DNA of 63,255 nt, filler included, from Stramenopiles sp. TOSAG23-2 (Eukaryota), in the NCBI GenBank assembly GCA_900128395.1. It is 3 parts of 3 records of this genome, joined end to end, with 100 filler letters (N's around TTAATTAATTAA, not from the genome) between each part and the next. Parts side by side here need not be neighbours in the genome. Positions count along the whole stretch, not along the records: positions 61,638 to 63,255 come from LT652596.1; 2 more parts are not named here. One strand, written 5' to 3'. The position numbers and the translations under genes were made by a program. The notes beneath the pieces were generated by a model. It was given only the letters and a program-made list of their open reading frames with translations. It made no database searches and was not told the DNA's origin. This document shows, one piece after another, positions 61,638-63,255 of the stretch (position 1 is its first letter; each line of letters begins with the position of its first letter).

Positions 61638-63255
61638 TTTTCATTTAAATTACTTTTTGATGGTATTTTTTCAATTTTTGTCAGCGATTGACTTTGCTTC
61701 TCATAAAGCTTATTTCTTTCTGAATCTAGTATTTGCCTTTCATCCAATTCTGTAGTCCACATACTATGATAAAGTCCATATTGTACCGGTTTATCAACAA
61801 TTCCAACAAATAATTTTGCACGTGTAATAGCACGATATAAAGATGCTTTCTTCCTATCTAGTACCGCCTCTTCAATACCATCATCTATTGTCTCATCAAA
61901 GCCTACAACAATTGCTGCATCATATTCTAAACCATCTTGATTCGAAATTGTATCAACCACTATTTGTACTGATTTATGTACTAATTGAGGGAACATACCA
62001 AACATTTTTTCTGCATTTACAATGTTAAACTTGTAACGATCATTTTCCCCATTTAATAAACTGCTAATTTGTTTAGAAAATTTAACAATTTGTAGATTTT
62101 CGTTATCATCAGGTAAAATTATTACAACATGGCCATCACTTAAACCATTCCATCCACCATCATAATTGTTGCTAGAGGTTTTAAAATGAATTAATGCATC
62201 TACCGTTTTTAAAGCAAATTGTTTATATAAATCATTAGCTTTATTATCAAAATTACTTATTAAAAATGGTTCAACGAGACTCCCAAATTTCTTATTTTTA
62301 CATGATGGTCGATCTACATTTTTTCTAAATAAATGCGATAACAATGTAATTGCTTGTGTTGAACGGACAACGTCATGAAGTATGATATCATAAATTTCTG
62401 CTTCTTGTTTGCGTCTCTTTTTATCAAATTTTATTACATCCTCTATTCTATCGTTAATATCTTTGATCACATTGGAGCCTTGATTATTGTCAGAAAGTAC
62501 CACACGAATAGTGGCATACTTAAAATAATCATATAAATTTTCCCATATTTCATCATCTTCTCGAATAATATGATGCGCTTCATCTATTATGACTAAATTA
62601 TACTTCTCTACCACCGTTGCTGCCTCCAATGTTGATATAAATTTCAAATATACGTTACCTTGTTCATCTCGTTGAAGTACTGCTTTGTGTGGATTTTTTC
62701 CAGTCTTTCGTGTACAAAAATGTACTCGATTCAAAATCGAGTCTGGATCATGTTGTATTTGAGATGTGTCATTATTATTATTATCATCTTCTCCTTTGGT
62801 CTCATCATCGTTGTCTTCTTTAGTTTTCCTACTTAACATACGTATTAATATCCATCGTACAAAAAAATATGCAAATGCATTTTGTGTACATACAAAAAGT
62901 ATATTTGCATTTAAGTTTTCATTTAACATTTTACAAACAAAGTGTAAACCAAAAAACGTTTTACCTGTGCCAGCAAATCCTTTTATATGAATACAGCCAA
63001 TGTTGCGTTTTTCGTTTATGGCAGTCATGTATTTGTTGTATTTTTTTTCTTGCTCTTTTGTAAAATCATCTTGTGCTAATAATTTTGATTCACAAATTTT
63101 CCGAAGCTTCATAATCATTTCAGATGGAACGTTTTCAACTGATACATTTCTTTCAACTGATACACCATTCAATTCCATTGCTTGTTTAATGCGCTCTATC
63201 TCCATCCCATCATTTTTGTTTAGAGCAGCAATAACTTTTGAAAAGTTTTCTTGGT
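61638..63255 (-). CDS. Partial superfamily-1 helicase-like protein (Schlafen C-terminal/DUF2075-like), truncated at both ends
   Basis: GFAGTGKT, IIDEAH, LSDNNQ, VVRST, DGLEYD and LYRAITRA motifs. The frame is open from the window edge to the linker. Confidence 0.8.

Overview
AT-rich, intron-poor eukaryotic (protist-like, possibly stramenopile; taxon is inference) DNA made of three separate contigs joined by artificial N44-TTAATTAATTAA-N44 linkers (30768-30867, 61538-61637). Ordinary genes include a CobW/ZNG1 GTPase, a TM-FN3-WW-HECT ligase, a 4784-aa polycystin-1/REJ-like receptor, a two-exon double tetraspanin-like gene, a GH3 xylosidase, UBA1, tRNA-Arg(CCT), ankyrin/MORN, nucleoside hydrolase-like, SLOG, MFS and a partial SF1 helicase. 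The main result is two genes that the ORF track splits at an in-frame TGA sitting exactly in a redox motif, each followed by a SECIS-like hairpin, so both are probably selenoproteins. One is an ER PDI-like protein with UGYC (41234-42103). The other is an unusual fusion of cysteine synthase, a phosphopantetheine carrier domain and a SelW/Rdx domain with CGGU (46462-48231). They lie in a 9-kb redox/sulfur-flavoured neighbourhood with a PTS1-tagged CmcJ/AsaB-like oxygenase, a PTS1-tagged ALDH and a tandem OsmC protein. All family calls come from motif recognition by eye; no database search was run.
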